Positions 26,148-35,252 are shown, counted from the first letter of the stretch. The stretch is DNA of 47,181 nt from Pyrinomonadaceae bacterium (GCA_013812905.1 JACCSP010000201.1:1-47181), one strand, 5' to 3'. Notes: generated by a model from the letters alone, not told the origin. Translations and numbers: made by a program.

Positions 26148-27386
26148 TGTGTCTTTTCCTCGACAAGAACAAGAAGCACTTTTTTAGTAGTGGAAATAGA
26201 AAACTCACAACCCGATGAAGGTGGCCACTGGGGTCCGTATGGGGGACGTTTTGTGCCGGAAACCCTCGTAGCCCCTCTGGAAGAGCTGACGGCAGCTTAC
26301 CTGGTTGCGCATGAGGATGATGCTTTCCAGGCAGAGTACCGAACCCTCCTCGCAAACTACTCAGGACGGCCCACACCTTTGTTTCATGCACAGCGTTTGA
26401 CGGAATACGCTGGCGGCGCTCAGATCTATCTCAAACGCGAGGACCTTTCGCACACCGGATCTCATAAAATCAATAACGCTCTCGGCCAGATACTGCTTGC
26501 GCGACGCATGGGTAAACGGCGGGTGATCGCCGAAACGGGCGCGGGGCAGCACGGCGTTGCGACGGCCACTGTGTGCGCATTGTTTGGTCTTTATTGCGTG
26601 GTTTACATGGGTGCCGAGGATATGCGGCGGCAGGCCTTAAATGTCTTTCGCATGGAGTTGTTAGGAGCAGAAGTACGAGAAGTTGATGCCGGCTCGCGAA
26701 CGCTGAAAGACGCAATCAACGAAGCTTTGCGTGATTGGGTTACCAACGTTTCCGACACTTACTATCTGCTCGGCAGCGCGCTCGAACCTCATCCGTATCC
26801 GCTGATGGTTCGTGAATTCCAATCCGTGATAGGGCGCGAAGCTCGTGCGCAGGTTATGAGTCAGACCGGACGGTTACCAGATTTATTGATTGCCTGCGTC
26901 GGGGGCGGATCTAATTCGATCGGCCTCTTTCATCCTTTTCTCGATGACAAAGTCCGCATGATCGGTGTTGAAGCCGGAGGACGCGGCAATGAGCTGGGGC
27001 AGCACGCCGCGCGTTTCAACCAGCTTGGCGGTGGTCGACCAGGGGTTTTGCAGGGCACGCTTAGTTATGTTTTGCAAGACCAGGGAGGGCAGATTGCTTG
27101 TACGCATTCTATTTCTGCGGGACTTGACTATCCCTCGATAGGACCAGAACACGCCTTTCTGCATGACTCCGGCAGGGTTGAATATGTTTGCGCGTCGGAT
27201 GGCGAGGCCCTCGAAGCCTTTCAGGCCCTTTCTAAGTTAGAAGGCATTATTCCCGCACTCGAATCGGCGCATGCGGTCGCTCATGCAATCAAAGTCGCGC
27301 GAGAAATGTCGCCTGATGAAATAATCATTATCAATCTCTCGGGCCGCGGGGATAAAGATATTGATACTGTCAGCAACCTTCTTTAG
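26142..27386 (+). CDS. trpB: tryptophan synthase beta chain (start uncertain, possibly GTG 26190)
   Basis: [18 protein letters not shown] (PLP lysine) and GGGSNS motifs. The first 16 codons of the ORF lie inside a repeat element. Confidence 0.9.
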   Translation: MGCVFSSTRTRSTFLVVEIENSQPDEGGHWGPYGGRFVPETLVAPLEELTAAYLVAHEDDAFQAEYRTLLANYSGRPTPLFHAQRLTEYAGGAQIYLKREDLSHTGSHKINNALGQILLARRMGKRRVIAETGAGQHGVATATVCALFGLYCVVYMGAEDMRRQALNVFRMELLGAEVREVDAGSRTLKDAINEALRDWVTNVSDTYYLLGSALEPHPYPLMVREFQSVIGREARAQVMSQTGRLPDLLIACVGGGSNSIGLFHPFLDDKVRMIGVEAGGRGNELGQHAARFNQLGGGRPGVLQGTLSYVLQDQGGQIACTHSISAGLDYPSIGPEHAFLHDSGRVEYVCASDGEALEAFQALSKLEGIIPALESAHAVAHAIKVAREMSPDEIIIINLSGRGDKDIDTVSNLL

Positions 27387-27496
27387 GCGGACGTTTAGAG
27401 ACTTTTATTACTTACTCCGGTTTTGCAGCCAAAATGTAAGTAAAGCCTCCAGAAATGCGTTTTCGTTCGGCCAGAACGATTCAGTAACGCTTCTCT

Positions 27497-30400
27497 TCAT
27501 CGTTTGGCGACGATTAACGGCCGTTCTCCTAATTCGCGGCGGTAAAAGACACGCGGTGTCTGGGTGACGCGCTGCTCAAAGCCTAGACCGCGATCTTCGC
27601 CTTCGATGAACGAGAGATTGAGGCCAGCATCACGCGCCTGTTTCATCTTATGGATTTGCATGCTAGGCACGCGCGAGCTCGCGTAGTCGAACCATTCGCG
27701 CACCCACACCTCGCCGTCTTTCGGATCACTATCCGCCGTGGCCTGCTTCAGACCTTCCTCGACGAGCGCGTAGGTCAATAGCCCGTGCCCCAGTTGTGAT
27801 GCCTCCTGCGCCGCCTGATAGCTTTGCGACGCCGTCAGGATGTACATTCCTTTCTCGTAAGCGAGTTGTGCCAAACCCTTTGAGTTCATCGGACCGCGCC
27901 GCTTCTCCTCAGCTTCGAGTGCCTGCCCGGAATTACAAGCGTCGATGACCATCAGCAATTTGTCAGCATCGATTCCTTCAACAGCCCGCTCCAATTCTTC
28001 ATCCGAGATGCTGTGTTCGAGAATGACTTGCAAACCTGCTGCGTCAAGCCCAGTCCGCTCCCCCGCGTAGCCCAAGTCGTGCGGCAATAAGTAAAACCGA
28101 TGCCCCTGAGCGGTTCCGTGCCCTGCAAAATAGATGAAGACCGCATCTTCCGGCTGCGTGGCTTTCAGCTTTTCAAGTGCCGCGGGCGTACCGGCAGGCC
28201 CAGTCTCCTGGATTCCGGCGAGCCGTTTTAATGCGCTTAGAATGTTTGCCTTCGTGGCCTGCTCGTTCAGCAGAGGTGCGACTTCAATGCGCTCGTAGTT
28301 CGCGATCTGCTGCTGTTCGCGCCGCACTTCTTCGCCAAACGCTTCGGCGTCCGCGACGGCATACCTGAGATTGTATTGCGGATTAGAATAGGAGTTGACC
28401 CCGATGGCCAGAACATAAGCGGTCCCAGGGCGCTTGAGGCTGCCGGCGCCTGTGAGACGCAGCGTAACATCTTTACTCTTGACGTTATCACGATTGAAGG
28501 CGTAAGCCGTCAATCGGTTCTCGCCGGACACAACTGTTATGTTGGCTGCCAGGGTGGTCGCGGTTTCCCCTTTCAACACGTCGCCGCGCCAAACTTTTAC
28601 GAGCGAATCGTTGCGAAATAGACGCACATCGCGCGCCCCGCTCCCCGCATTGTGATCTTTGTCGGCTGGCTTTTCAGCTACTTCAAGCTTCACCGTCAGG
28701 TTGCGTTCTGTCGTACTTGCGGCACCAACTTGTCCGTTCTGAGTTATCAATTTTAGTTCGGGTTGGCGGCGGTCAAGCTGAGCTATATTCTTTGGCGCGC
28801 GAGGCTTTTTGCCGGCCATCACCTCCGCCAGCAGTCCGGGATAGTAAAACTCGTTGAAGAAAGTTTCTGCAGGCGTGACATCAAATGTGTTGCCGCCGAA
28901 CTGCCAAAGAATTTGCTTCCATGCAGCGGGTGAGCCGTCGAATAAGCCATCAGGAGTAACGACTAACCAATCGCTGCCGCGGCTGCTGAATGCACCGCTC
29001 AGATTTACGAGGGTCGCGAGCTTTTCGCCCGACGAGGAGTCCCAAATGTACTTATCGTTGTTTTCTCCGAGGGCTACAAGAAAACGCCCGTCAGGACTGA
29101 AGGTCAGAGAGGCTACGCGTTCCGCGTGCGGCAAGGTACGCAGTGTCCTGCCCGAGGCTACTTCAAATATATCGATCTTAGTGGCGTATCCTGCGGCCAG
29201 TAGGCGCGCGTCGGCGCTTATGCAAAGAGTCGTCACCGCTCCGCTCTGTTCGTCATCATTGATCTGAAAACTGTTGACCCTGCGCCCTTTTTCCGTCTCG
29301 TAAATGAGAACGGAACGCTCCTTCTTCTCGAAGCCCGTCATCGCGACGAGTTTGCCGTCGAAGCTAAAACCCGCCGCCGGAACGATGCCCGTGTTGGGTG
29401 CCTTGCCCCCATCCAACGTTCGCAGATGTTTGTCGGATTTTCCGTCGTAAAGGTCGACTTTCTGTTTGTAAACGTTATCCCAGTCATCACTCCAAAGATT
29501 TAGAATGTCGCCGGCGGATAGGTCGTAGGCGTCCTTCATCGGGAAGAAAGGGGCTGCTCTGAAGCGTCCGTCGGGACTAAAGCGAGGCTTGCCGCGGTCC
29601 CGAAGCGCCGCGTCGTCGTTAGCACGCGCGAGCGTTCCCGCCGTTGCGTCCCACACCTCCGTTACCAGGTTTTTCATAAGCACTTGGCTCGAAATCAGGA
29701 AGCGACCGTCGGGGCTAAAACTTACGGCACCGCCAGCTTGAAGCTTTTCGCTAGAAATATTTCCGATGGCTTCGACGGCCTCGATGATCTGTTCGGGCGT
29801 CGTGATATCCCGTTTTTGAAGTGTGGCCATCATCTTAGGATCGATGGCCTTGATGAAGGCGGCCTGCTCGACTCGCGTCCGTTCGTCCGTCGTTCCGGTT
29901 TGCAGAGTGCGGGATTCGCTCCCCGTCGCGGACTCGATGATTCTGACCGCTTTGGCGCCCGCCGCGACCGTGGCAATCAGGCTGCCGTCGCGACTGAAGC
30001 TAACCACTCGGGCACCTACCAGCGCATCTCCGCCCGTTTTTAGCTCACGTATCGCTTGACCCGTCGTCGCGTCCCACAACTTCGTAGCGGCGCCCGCGCC
30101 TTTGTCGGTCGCCGTAACGAAGAATCGTCCGTCAGAACTGAATTGCACGCGCTGGGGCGATTTGCTGAATCCCGTATTGACATTGTAAAGCTCGCGACCC
30201 GTGACCGCCTCTTGGACGCTGACCGTGTCGCTTGTTTTGGCGAAGGCTAGGAGGCGCGCATCCGCGCTGAAGGCGAGGCTCGAATTTTCCCCCTCGGGGA
30301 TTGCCTTGAATGCCAGTTCCCGCACCTCTCGCCCGCTTTGAGCGTCATAAATTTTTACTGCTTTGTCAGGTTGTCCGACGGCGGCGAATTGCCCGTTTGA

Positions 30401-31243
30401 GCTAACGGCTATTTTCGCTGCCGACAGTTTGAAATTCTTTAGCCGTTTCGCCTCTTGTGTCTGTCTCTTATCCACACCGAAAATTGAGGTAAATTTCTCC
30501 ATTGAGTCGAGCTTTTCCATGCCGCTTTTCCCATATTTCGTTTTCTGCGAGCGCAACTCGCTGCCCGCGGCAACGTCCCAAACTTTGACGGAATCCCCGC
30601 TCGCGCTCGTTAGAGAGTGTCCGTCATCGCTGAAAGCCACAGCGCCGACGGGCAGTTCGTGCCCGCGTAGAACCCGCAGCTCTGCCCCCGTCTGAATGTT
30701 CCAGATTCTTACTGTATTATCTTCGGCCCCGCCGACAACGCCGCCCTGGGTAAAGGTCCATAAATCTCGCTTGTCGTTAACATCCCCGCTCCCCGAAGCC
30801 AATAATTTGCCGTCCGGGCTGACTGCGAGGGCGTTGACGTTACTCGCATGACCGTACAGCGTTCGTAAGACGTTTCCCGTCGCCAAGTCCCAAACTTTGA
30901 TCACGTTGTCTTTACCGCCCGAAACCAGCCAGCGATTGTCTGGGCTGAAAGCTACCGCGTTCAGGGATTTGGTGTGTCCAGTCTGAAGAATCAGCGCTGG
31001 TTTCTCGCTGGGAGTGGCTGGAGTTACTGGGGCAGATGTTTGCCGCGGGGTGGAAGGGACTCCGATCCCGCGTTTCTCCTGTTCTTTTCCTTTCGATTGC
31101 GCGATGCCGCAGACGGGCGCCCAGATCACTGATAGCAAAAGTATCAGTGATGATATTTGCCGGGGCAATAATAAAAGCGAAATATATGAGGCTACGCGTT
31201 TAACAGCAGAGGGGGCAGATGTTGACGGCCGAGTGCGAATCAT
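27497..31243 (-). CDS. WD40-repeat / Ig-like / caspase (peptidase C14) fusion protein with an N-terminal signal or anchor
   Basis: aa 1-50 form a hydrophobic leader ending GIAQS. aa about 85-770 carry at least 12 WD40-like blades (VKVWD, VRIWN, VKIYD, KLWD, TEVWD and others). aa about 825-935 are beta-rich. aa about 940-1165 are caspase p20/p10-like, with FAGHG (His1042) and VIDACNSG (Cys1103). Confidence 0.85.
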   Translation of the reverse strand: MIRTRPSTSAPSAVKRVASYISLLLLPRQISSLILLLSVIWAPVCGIAQSKGKEQEKRGIGVPSTPRQTSAPVTPATPSEKPALILQTGHTKSLNAVAFSPDNRWLVSGGKDNVIKVWDLATGNVLRTLYGHASNVNALAVSPDGKLLASGSGDVNDKRDLWTFTQGGVVGGAEDNTVRIWNIQTGAELRVLRGHELPVGAVAFSDDGHSLTSASGDSVKVWDVAAGSELRSQKTKYGKSGMEKLDSMEKFTSIFGVDKRQTQEAKRLKNFKLSAAKIAVSSNGQFAAVGQPDKAVKIYDAQSGREVRELAFKAIPEGENSSLAFSADARLLAFAKTSDTVSVQEAVTGRELYNVNTGFSKSPQRVQFSSDGRFFVTATDKGAGAATKLWDATTGQAIRELKTGGDALVGARVVSFSRDGSLIATVAAGAKAVRIIESATGSESRTLQTGTTDERTRVEQAAFIKAIDPKMMATLQKRDITTPEQIIEAVEAIGNISSEKLQAGGAVSFSPDGRFLISSQVLMKNLVTEVWDATAGTLARANDDAALRDRGKPRFSPDGRFRAAPFFPMKDAYDLSAGDILNLWSDDWDNVYKQKVDLYDGKSDKHLRTLDGGKAPNTGIVPAAGFSFDGKLVAMTGFEKKERSVLIYETEKGRRVNSFQINDDEQSGAVTTLCISADARLLAAGYATKIDIFEVASGRTLRTLPHAERVASLTFSPDGRFLVALGENNDKYIWDSSSGEKLATLVNLSGAFSSRGSDWLVVTPDGLFDGSPAAWKQILWQFGGNTFDVTPAETFFNEFYYPGLLAEVMAGKKPRAPKNIAQLDRRQPELKLITQNGQVGAASTTERNLTVKLEVAEKPADKDHNAGSGARDVRLFRNDSLVKVWRGDVLKGETATTLAANITVVSGENRLTAYAFNRDNVKSKDVTLRLTGAGSLKRPGTAYVLAIGVNSYSNPQYNLRYAVADAEAFGEEVRREQQQIANYERIEVAPLLNEQATKANILSALKRLAGIQETGPAGTPAALEKLKATQPEDAVFIYFAGHGTAQGHRFYLLPHDLGYAGERTGLDAAGLQVILEHSISDEELERAVEGIDADKLLMVIDACNSGQALEAEEKRRGPMNSKGLAQLAYEKGMYILTASQSYQAAQEASQLGHGLLTYALVEEGLKQATADSDPKDGEVWVREWFDYASSRVPSMQIHKMKQARDAGLNLSFIEGEDRGLGFEQRVTQTPRVFYRRELGERPLIVAKR
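27749..28426 (-). other. caspase-like (C14) catalytic domain of the 27497-31243 protein
   Basis: The His codon is at 28118-28120 and the Cys codon at 27935-27937. The context AYVLAIGVNSY ... VFIYFAGHG ... LLMVIDACNSGQ is typical of bacterial orthocaspases. Confidence 0.8.
28934..30991 (-). other. WD40 / beta-propeller repeat region (probably two propellers split by a helical insert at aa about 450-505)
   Basis: Repeated about 40-aa units with SPDG/SxDG and [VI]x[VI]W[DN] signatures. Confidence 0.75.
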
Positions 31244-31520
31244 AGAGATCTCCGAAGGATTAAGAAGTGGTGCTAACCTGAGATCAAGATCGAGATGCAG
31301 GAGAGATTAACGTCAGTTGAAGCAGACGGGACACGCACTCGCGAATCAGGCCTGTTGGGGGGTGCGGGAAACTTACGGCAACTGGAGGCCTAAGTCAACA
31401 ACGCATAATCTACAGTCTGACGGCTCACTCGCACTTTTGGTGGCGCCAGAAAAATGTGAGGGCTAGAAGCCGTTAGTGGATCTGCGCCTCATCTAGCATT
31501 AGTATCACCCCCAGTTCAAG

Positions 31521-34500
31521 ATGGAAAAAAACCAGGCCAAGAGAATCGAAGTCTCGAGTGATGCGGCAACGCGAATAGGGATTGCTCAGGAGTGGATCTG
31601 GAAGTATGCCGCCGAGACTGAGATATTGGTTATCGCGCATTCAGTGGAAGCTGCGAGTAGGCTTCATCTGGAGGTGGTTGGTGCGAAGGGTGCTTGGTTT
31701 GGGATTAAGCGATTTACCTTGAATGTTCTGGCGTCGCGGTTGGCGCAGGGTGCTCTGGCTGAGTCAGGAAGCGCGCCGGCCAGTAGTCTTTCATTTACTG
31801 CGGTAGTGGCGCGGGCGATTCATTCGCTCCAATCAGAAGGCAAGCTGAGTTATTTCGAGCCGGTAGCTACGCGGCCTGGGTTTCCGGTGGCAGTCGCAAA
31901 GACGCTTGAAGAGCTGCGGATGAATGAGGTTCATCCGAAATCGCTTGCGCGTCTGGCGCGCGGTGGTAAGGATCTAGCCGCAATCGCCGGCTTGGTTGAA
32001 CAGGAACTAAAAGAGTCAAAGCTATCAGACCGGGCTGCTTTATTCCGCGCAGCGATCGATTCGACCAGGTTGCCAGAAAGCGCTGCCTATCTTGGGCTGC
32101 CGTTGCTGCTGTTGGACGTTGCGGCCCGAAGTCGATTGGAGAGCAGGTTAATCCAGGAGTTGGCGGCTTCGGCTCCTGATGTTTTGGCTACGGTGCCGCA
32201 AGGGGACGAACGAACGATTACGTTGCTCGAGGAATCGCTTCGATGCACGAGGGACGACGGGACGGAACGCGGGGACGGGGGGACGGGGGAACACGGTCCG
32301 GCCTCTTCTTCTGATGAAAAACAGCGATCCACGAAACTACACCTAGAACGAAGCGTGCTTTCTGAAGCAGACTCTCCTTCTGAAACAGGCTCTAGTTCTA
32401 AAGCAGGCTTGAATTCCGAAGTAAGCTTTACCTCGGATGTAAATTCTCCTTCGAATGCAAACTCTCTATCGTTTGCTAAGCAACATCTTTTTGAGGACTC
32501 AACTCCTCCTCGCACGCCGCTGGATTCCAGTATTCTGCTGCGGAACTGGCCGGGAGAACCGCGTGAATCCGTTGAGATTGTGAGGAGCATTCAGGCTGAA
32601 GCTGCACAGGGCGTGCCGTTCGATCAGATAGCAGTTTTACTCAATTCTCCTGGGGAGTACAGATCCCACTTAGAGGAAGCCTTCAGTCGGGCTGAGATTC
32701 CCGCTTACTTCGTTAAAGGCACTACCGCCCCGGATCCCGCTGGGCGCGCGATGCTCGCGCTCTTGTCGTGTGCTGCCGATGGACTTTCTGCCCGACGATT
32801 TGCTGAGTACCTTTCACTTGGCCAAGTTCCTCAGCCCGAGGCGAGCAAAGATTTGGAGTCGGCCTGGGTTGGGCCAAGCGACGAACTAGTCGCAAGTGCA
32901 GTCGAAGAGGAAGCCGGGGAGATGGCGAGACGGGGGGATGGGGAGACAGGGAGACACGGGGATGCGGGGACGCGGAGACATGAAGATCTTGTCACTTCTG
33001 CCGAGCCAGCAGATTCGCCACTGACTGCTAATCCGGAGGACAGCGAGGTCATAGAAGGGGCTTTGAGGGCGCCGGCGAGGTGGGAGCGACTGCTGGTTGA
33101 TTCAGCAGTAATTGGAGGAAAGGATCGTTGGACGCGGCGGCTTGAAGGTCTCGCCAATGAGTTACTCCTGCGCATAAAAGAAACTGCGCCTGAAGAAGAG
33201 GCGAAGGTTGAGTCAATCAAGAAACAACTTCGCGACCTGGAAGCGCTGAGCGCTTATGCGCTTCCATTGATCGAACGGTTGGCTAGTCTGCCTCATAAAG
33301 GGAAGTGGGGTGAGTGGCTCGCGCATCTCCGCGAGTTGGCTGTGAACGCTCTACGCGAGCCGGAAGGCGTTCTAGCCACACTAGCAGACCTGGAACCAAT
33401 GGAAAGAGTAGGGCCGGTTGAACTTCATGAGGTCCAACTCGTTCTCGGCGCCCGGCTTCACGACTTAGGTGTAAAGCCGCCCCCACATCGTTACGGTTCT
33501 GTCTTTGTCGGTTCGGTGGACTCTGCGCGCGGGCTTTCTTTCCGGGTGGTGTTTATTCCGGGATTGGCCGAGAGGATTTTTCCCCGGAAGATTGTCGAGG
33601 ATCCAATACTTCCCGATCAGCAGCGGCGCGAGTCCGCGCTCGCAGGTCTCATGACGCGACGAGATCGAGTGGAATTCGAAAGGCTTGCTTTGCGGATCGC
33701 TTTGGGTGCGGCCCGTGAGCGGGCATACCTCTCTTACCCGCGTATCGATGTGCAGCAATCACGCCCTCGAGTTCCCTCTTTCTATGCTCTCGAAGCGTTA
33801 CGCGCCGCGGAAAGTGTTTTGCCAGGCTTTGAGGAGATAGCGGCGCGAGCCGAGTCGACGACGCGTGCGCGGTTGGGATGGCCTGCGCCGGAGCGGCCCG
33901 ACGCCGCCATAGATGAAGCCGAGTACGACCTGGCTCTGCTCACGAGTCTGGTGGAAGCAAATGATGAAGGTGCCACCGGTCGGGCGCATTACCTTCTGAC
34001 CGCTAATAAGCATCTTGCACGAGCGTTGCGCGCGCGGAGCCGCCGATGGCTACGAAGGTGGACACCAAATGATGGGCTGGTGGATCCGGACGAACTGGCG
34101 CGGCAGAGTATGGCGAGTCATCAATTCTCAGCGCGATCATTTTCGGCCACTGCGTTGCAGAACTACGCCAGTTGCCCGTATCGATTTTTTCTCAGCGCGA
34201 TTCTCCGGCTTGAAATGCGTCAGGAGCCGGCGGCAATTGAAGTGATCGATCCTTTGACACGCGGGTCGTTGTTTCACGAGACGCAGTTTGAGGTGCTTAC
34301 GAGTCTGAAGGCGGCCGGGATGCTGCCGCTCGTAGGGGCGCCACTCCGTGGGCGGCCCTTGGATGGCGAGGAGCGGCGTAAGTTAAACCGAGAAGAGGAG
34401 CGAACCTTGGATACAGAGGTGAGGCGGGTCTTCGATAGCGAAGAGTGGAGGGGCGTGCATCGGGACGAGGGTCGCGCCCCTACAACTGATTCGATAAGCA

Positions 34501-35207
34501 CAGCCTTCGATTTGGTTGATAGGGTTCTGGATCGGCTGGCGCGAGAGTACGAGGACAGACTTGCGCCAGCGATTCCGAAGGTTTGGGAGGATGGAATCAA
34601 TTCCATCAGGGCAGATTTGCGAGAATGGTTGCGCCGGATGGCGGACTCTGACGATGGGTGGGTGCCCGAGAAGTTTGAATTGTCGTTCGGCCTGACTGAC
34701 CGCGGGCCGCGCGACTCTGATCCAGACAGCGTAAGCGACCCGGTAGAGATCGTTGGCGATTTTAAACTGAGGGGCTCGATCGATCTCGTTGAGCGGCACT
34801 CAAGCGGGAGGTTTCGCGTGACCGATCATAAGACCGGAAAGGCCCGCGCCGACAAGGAGACAATTGTGGGTGGCGGAAAATACCTGCAGCCTCTCCTTTA
34901 CGCACTTGCCGCTCAGAAGGCGCTAAACGTGAGAGTTGAAGCGGGCCGGCTCTACTACTGCACCGCCGCTGGTGGTTATGAAGAACGCGTTGTTTCTCTC
35001 AACGACTTCACCCTGCAAACGGTCACAGCTGTGTTGACGACGATCAGACAAGGACTCGCGGATGCCTTCCTGCCAGCGGCTCCGGAAGAGGGGGCCTGTG
35101 GCTGGTGTGATTTCCTGGCAGTATGTGGAAGCCTTGAAGAAATTCGAACGCGCAATAAGCCCAAAGATCGTTTGGTTCAGTTGAGAGGTATCCGGGAACT
35201 GCCATGA
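31521..35207 (+). CDS. addB: AddB-type helicase-nuclease subunit (PD-(D/E)XK nuclease with Fe-S cysteines; no P-loop) carrying repeat-derived insertions
   Basis: C-terminal nuclease motif GSIDLVERH...RVTDHKTGK. Cys at 34173-34175 plus CGWCDFLAVC (35097-35126) gives C...CxxCx5C as in AddB. The N-terminal region is AddB-like but has no GxxxxGK[ST]. The gene is directly followed by addA. Confidence 0.75.
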   Translation: MEKNQAKRIEVSSDAATRIGIAQEWIWKYAAETEILVIAHSVEAASRLHLEVVGAKGAWFGIKRFTLNVLASRLAQGALAESGSAPASSLSFTAVVARAIHSLQSEGKLSYFEPVATRPGFPVAVAKTLEELRMNEVHPKSLARLARGGKDLAAIAGLVEQELKESKLSDRAALFRAAIDSTRLPESAAYLGLPLLLLDVAARSRLESRLIQELAASAPDVLATVPQGDERTITLLEESLRCTRDDGTERGDGGTGEHGPASSSDEKQRSTKLHLERSVLSEADSPSETGSSSKAGLNSEVSFTSDVNSPSNANSLSFAKQHLFEDSTPPRTPLDSSILLRNWPGEPRESVEIVRSIQAEAAQGVPFDQIAVLLNSPGEYRSHLEEAFSRAEIPAYFVKGTTAPDPAGRAMLALLSCAADGLSARRFAEYLSLGQVPQPEASKDLESAWVGPSDELVASAVEEEAGEMARRGDGETGRHGDAGTRRHEDLVTSAEPADSPLTANPEDSEVIEGALRAPARWERLLVDSAVIGGKDRWTRRLEGLANELLLRIKETAPEEEAKVESIKKQLRDLEALSAYALPLIERLASLPHKGKWGEWLAHLRELAVNALREPEGVLATLADLEPMERVGPVELHEVQLVLGARLHDLGVKPPPHRYGSVFVGSVDSARGLSFRVVFIPGLAERIFPRKIVEDPILPDQQRRESALAGLMTRRDRVEFERLALRIALGAARERAYLSYPRIDVQQSRPRVPSFYALEALRAAESVLPGFEEIAARAESTTRARLGWPAPERPDAAIDEAEYDLALLTSLVEANDEGATGRAHYLLTANKHLARALRARSRRWLRRWTPNDGLVDPDELARQSMASHQFSARSFSATALQNYASCPYRFFLSAILRLEMRQEPAAIEVIDPLTRGSLFHETQFEVLTSLKAAGMLPLVGAPLRGRPLDGEERRKLNREEERTLDTEVRRVFDSEEWRGVHRDEGRAPTTDSISTAFDLVDRVLDRLAREYEDRLAPAIPKVWEDGINSIRADLREWLRRMADSDDGWVPEKFELSFGLTDRGPRDSDPDSVSDPVEIVGDFKLRGSIDLVERHSSGRFRVTDHKTGKARADKETIVGGGKYLQPLLYALAAQKALNVRVEAGRLYYCTAAGGYEERVVSLNDFTLQTVTAVLTTIRQGLADAFLPAAPEEGACGWCDFLAVCGSLEEIRTRNKPKDRLVQLRGIRELP
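32253..32468 (+). repeat. In-frame composite repeat insertion in addB: 2 x 24 nt G-rich (family D), a family B half-copy (32325-32354), and 6 x 18 nt tandem (32361-32468)
   Basis: DDGTERGD / GGTGEHGP units. CGATCCACGAAA matches 22178-22189 and TAGAACGAAGC matches 26071-26081. The hexapeptide units are SEADSP SETGSS SKAGLN SEVSFT SDVNSP SNANSL. Confidence 0.7.
32916..32987 (+). repeat. In-frame 3 x 24-nt tandem repeat (family D) in addB
   Basis: ggggagatggcgagacggggggat / ggggagacagggagacacggggat / gcggggacgcggagacatgaagat encode GEMARRGD GETGRHGD AGTRRHED. Confidence 0.8.
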
Positions 35208-35252
35208 GGCAGGAGGCAGGGGCAGACGGGCGGGGCAGGCGGCAGGGAGAGC
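35208..35252. repeat. G-rich family D-like spacer between addB and addA
   Basis: ggcaggaggcaggggcagacgggcggggcaggcggcagggagagc. It shares GCAGGAGGCAG with 19373-19383. Confidence 0.4.

Noticed and set aside
27404-27447. 8-bp inverted repeat TTACTTAC / GTAAGTAA between the convergent trpB and caspase genes as a bidirectional terminator
   Set aside because: The stem is short and AT-rich, the loop is 20 nt, and there is no flanking T-run. It is not distinguishable from chance.
31244-31520. SOS (LexA) box upstream of addB
   Set aside because: I looked for the direct-repeat GTTC-N7-GTTC type box (Alphaproteobacteria and, as far as I recall, Acidobacterium) and for a CTGT-N8-ACAG type box. I found neither in the spacer.
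32253-32987. Tandem repeats in addB considered as a CRISPR array or minisatellite locus
   Set aside because: The units are 18 and 24 nt, directly abutting with no spacers, degenerate, and in frame within a continuous ORF. No cas genes are present in the window.
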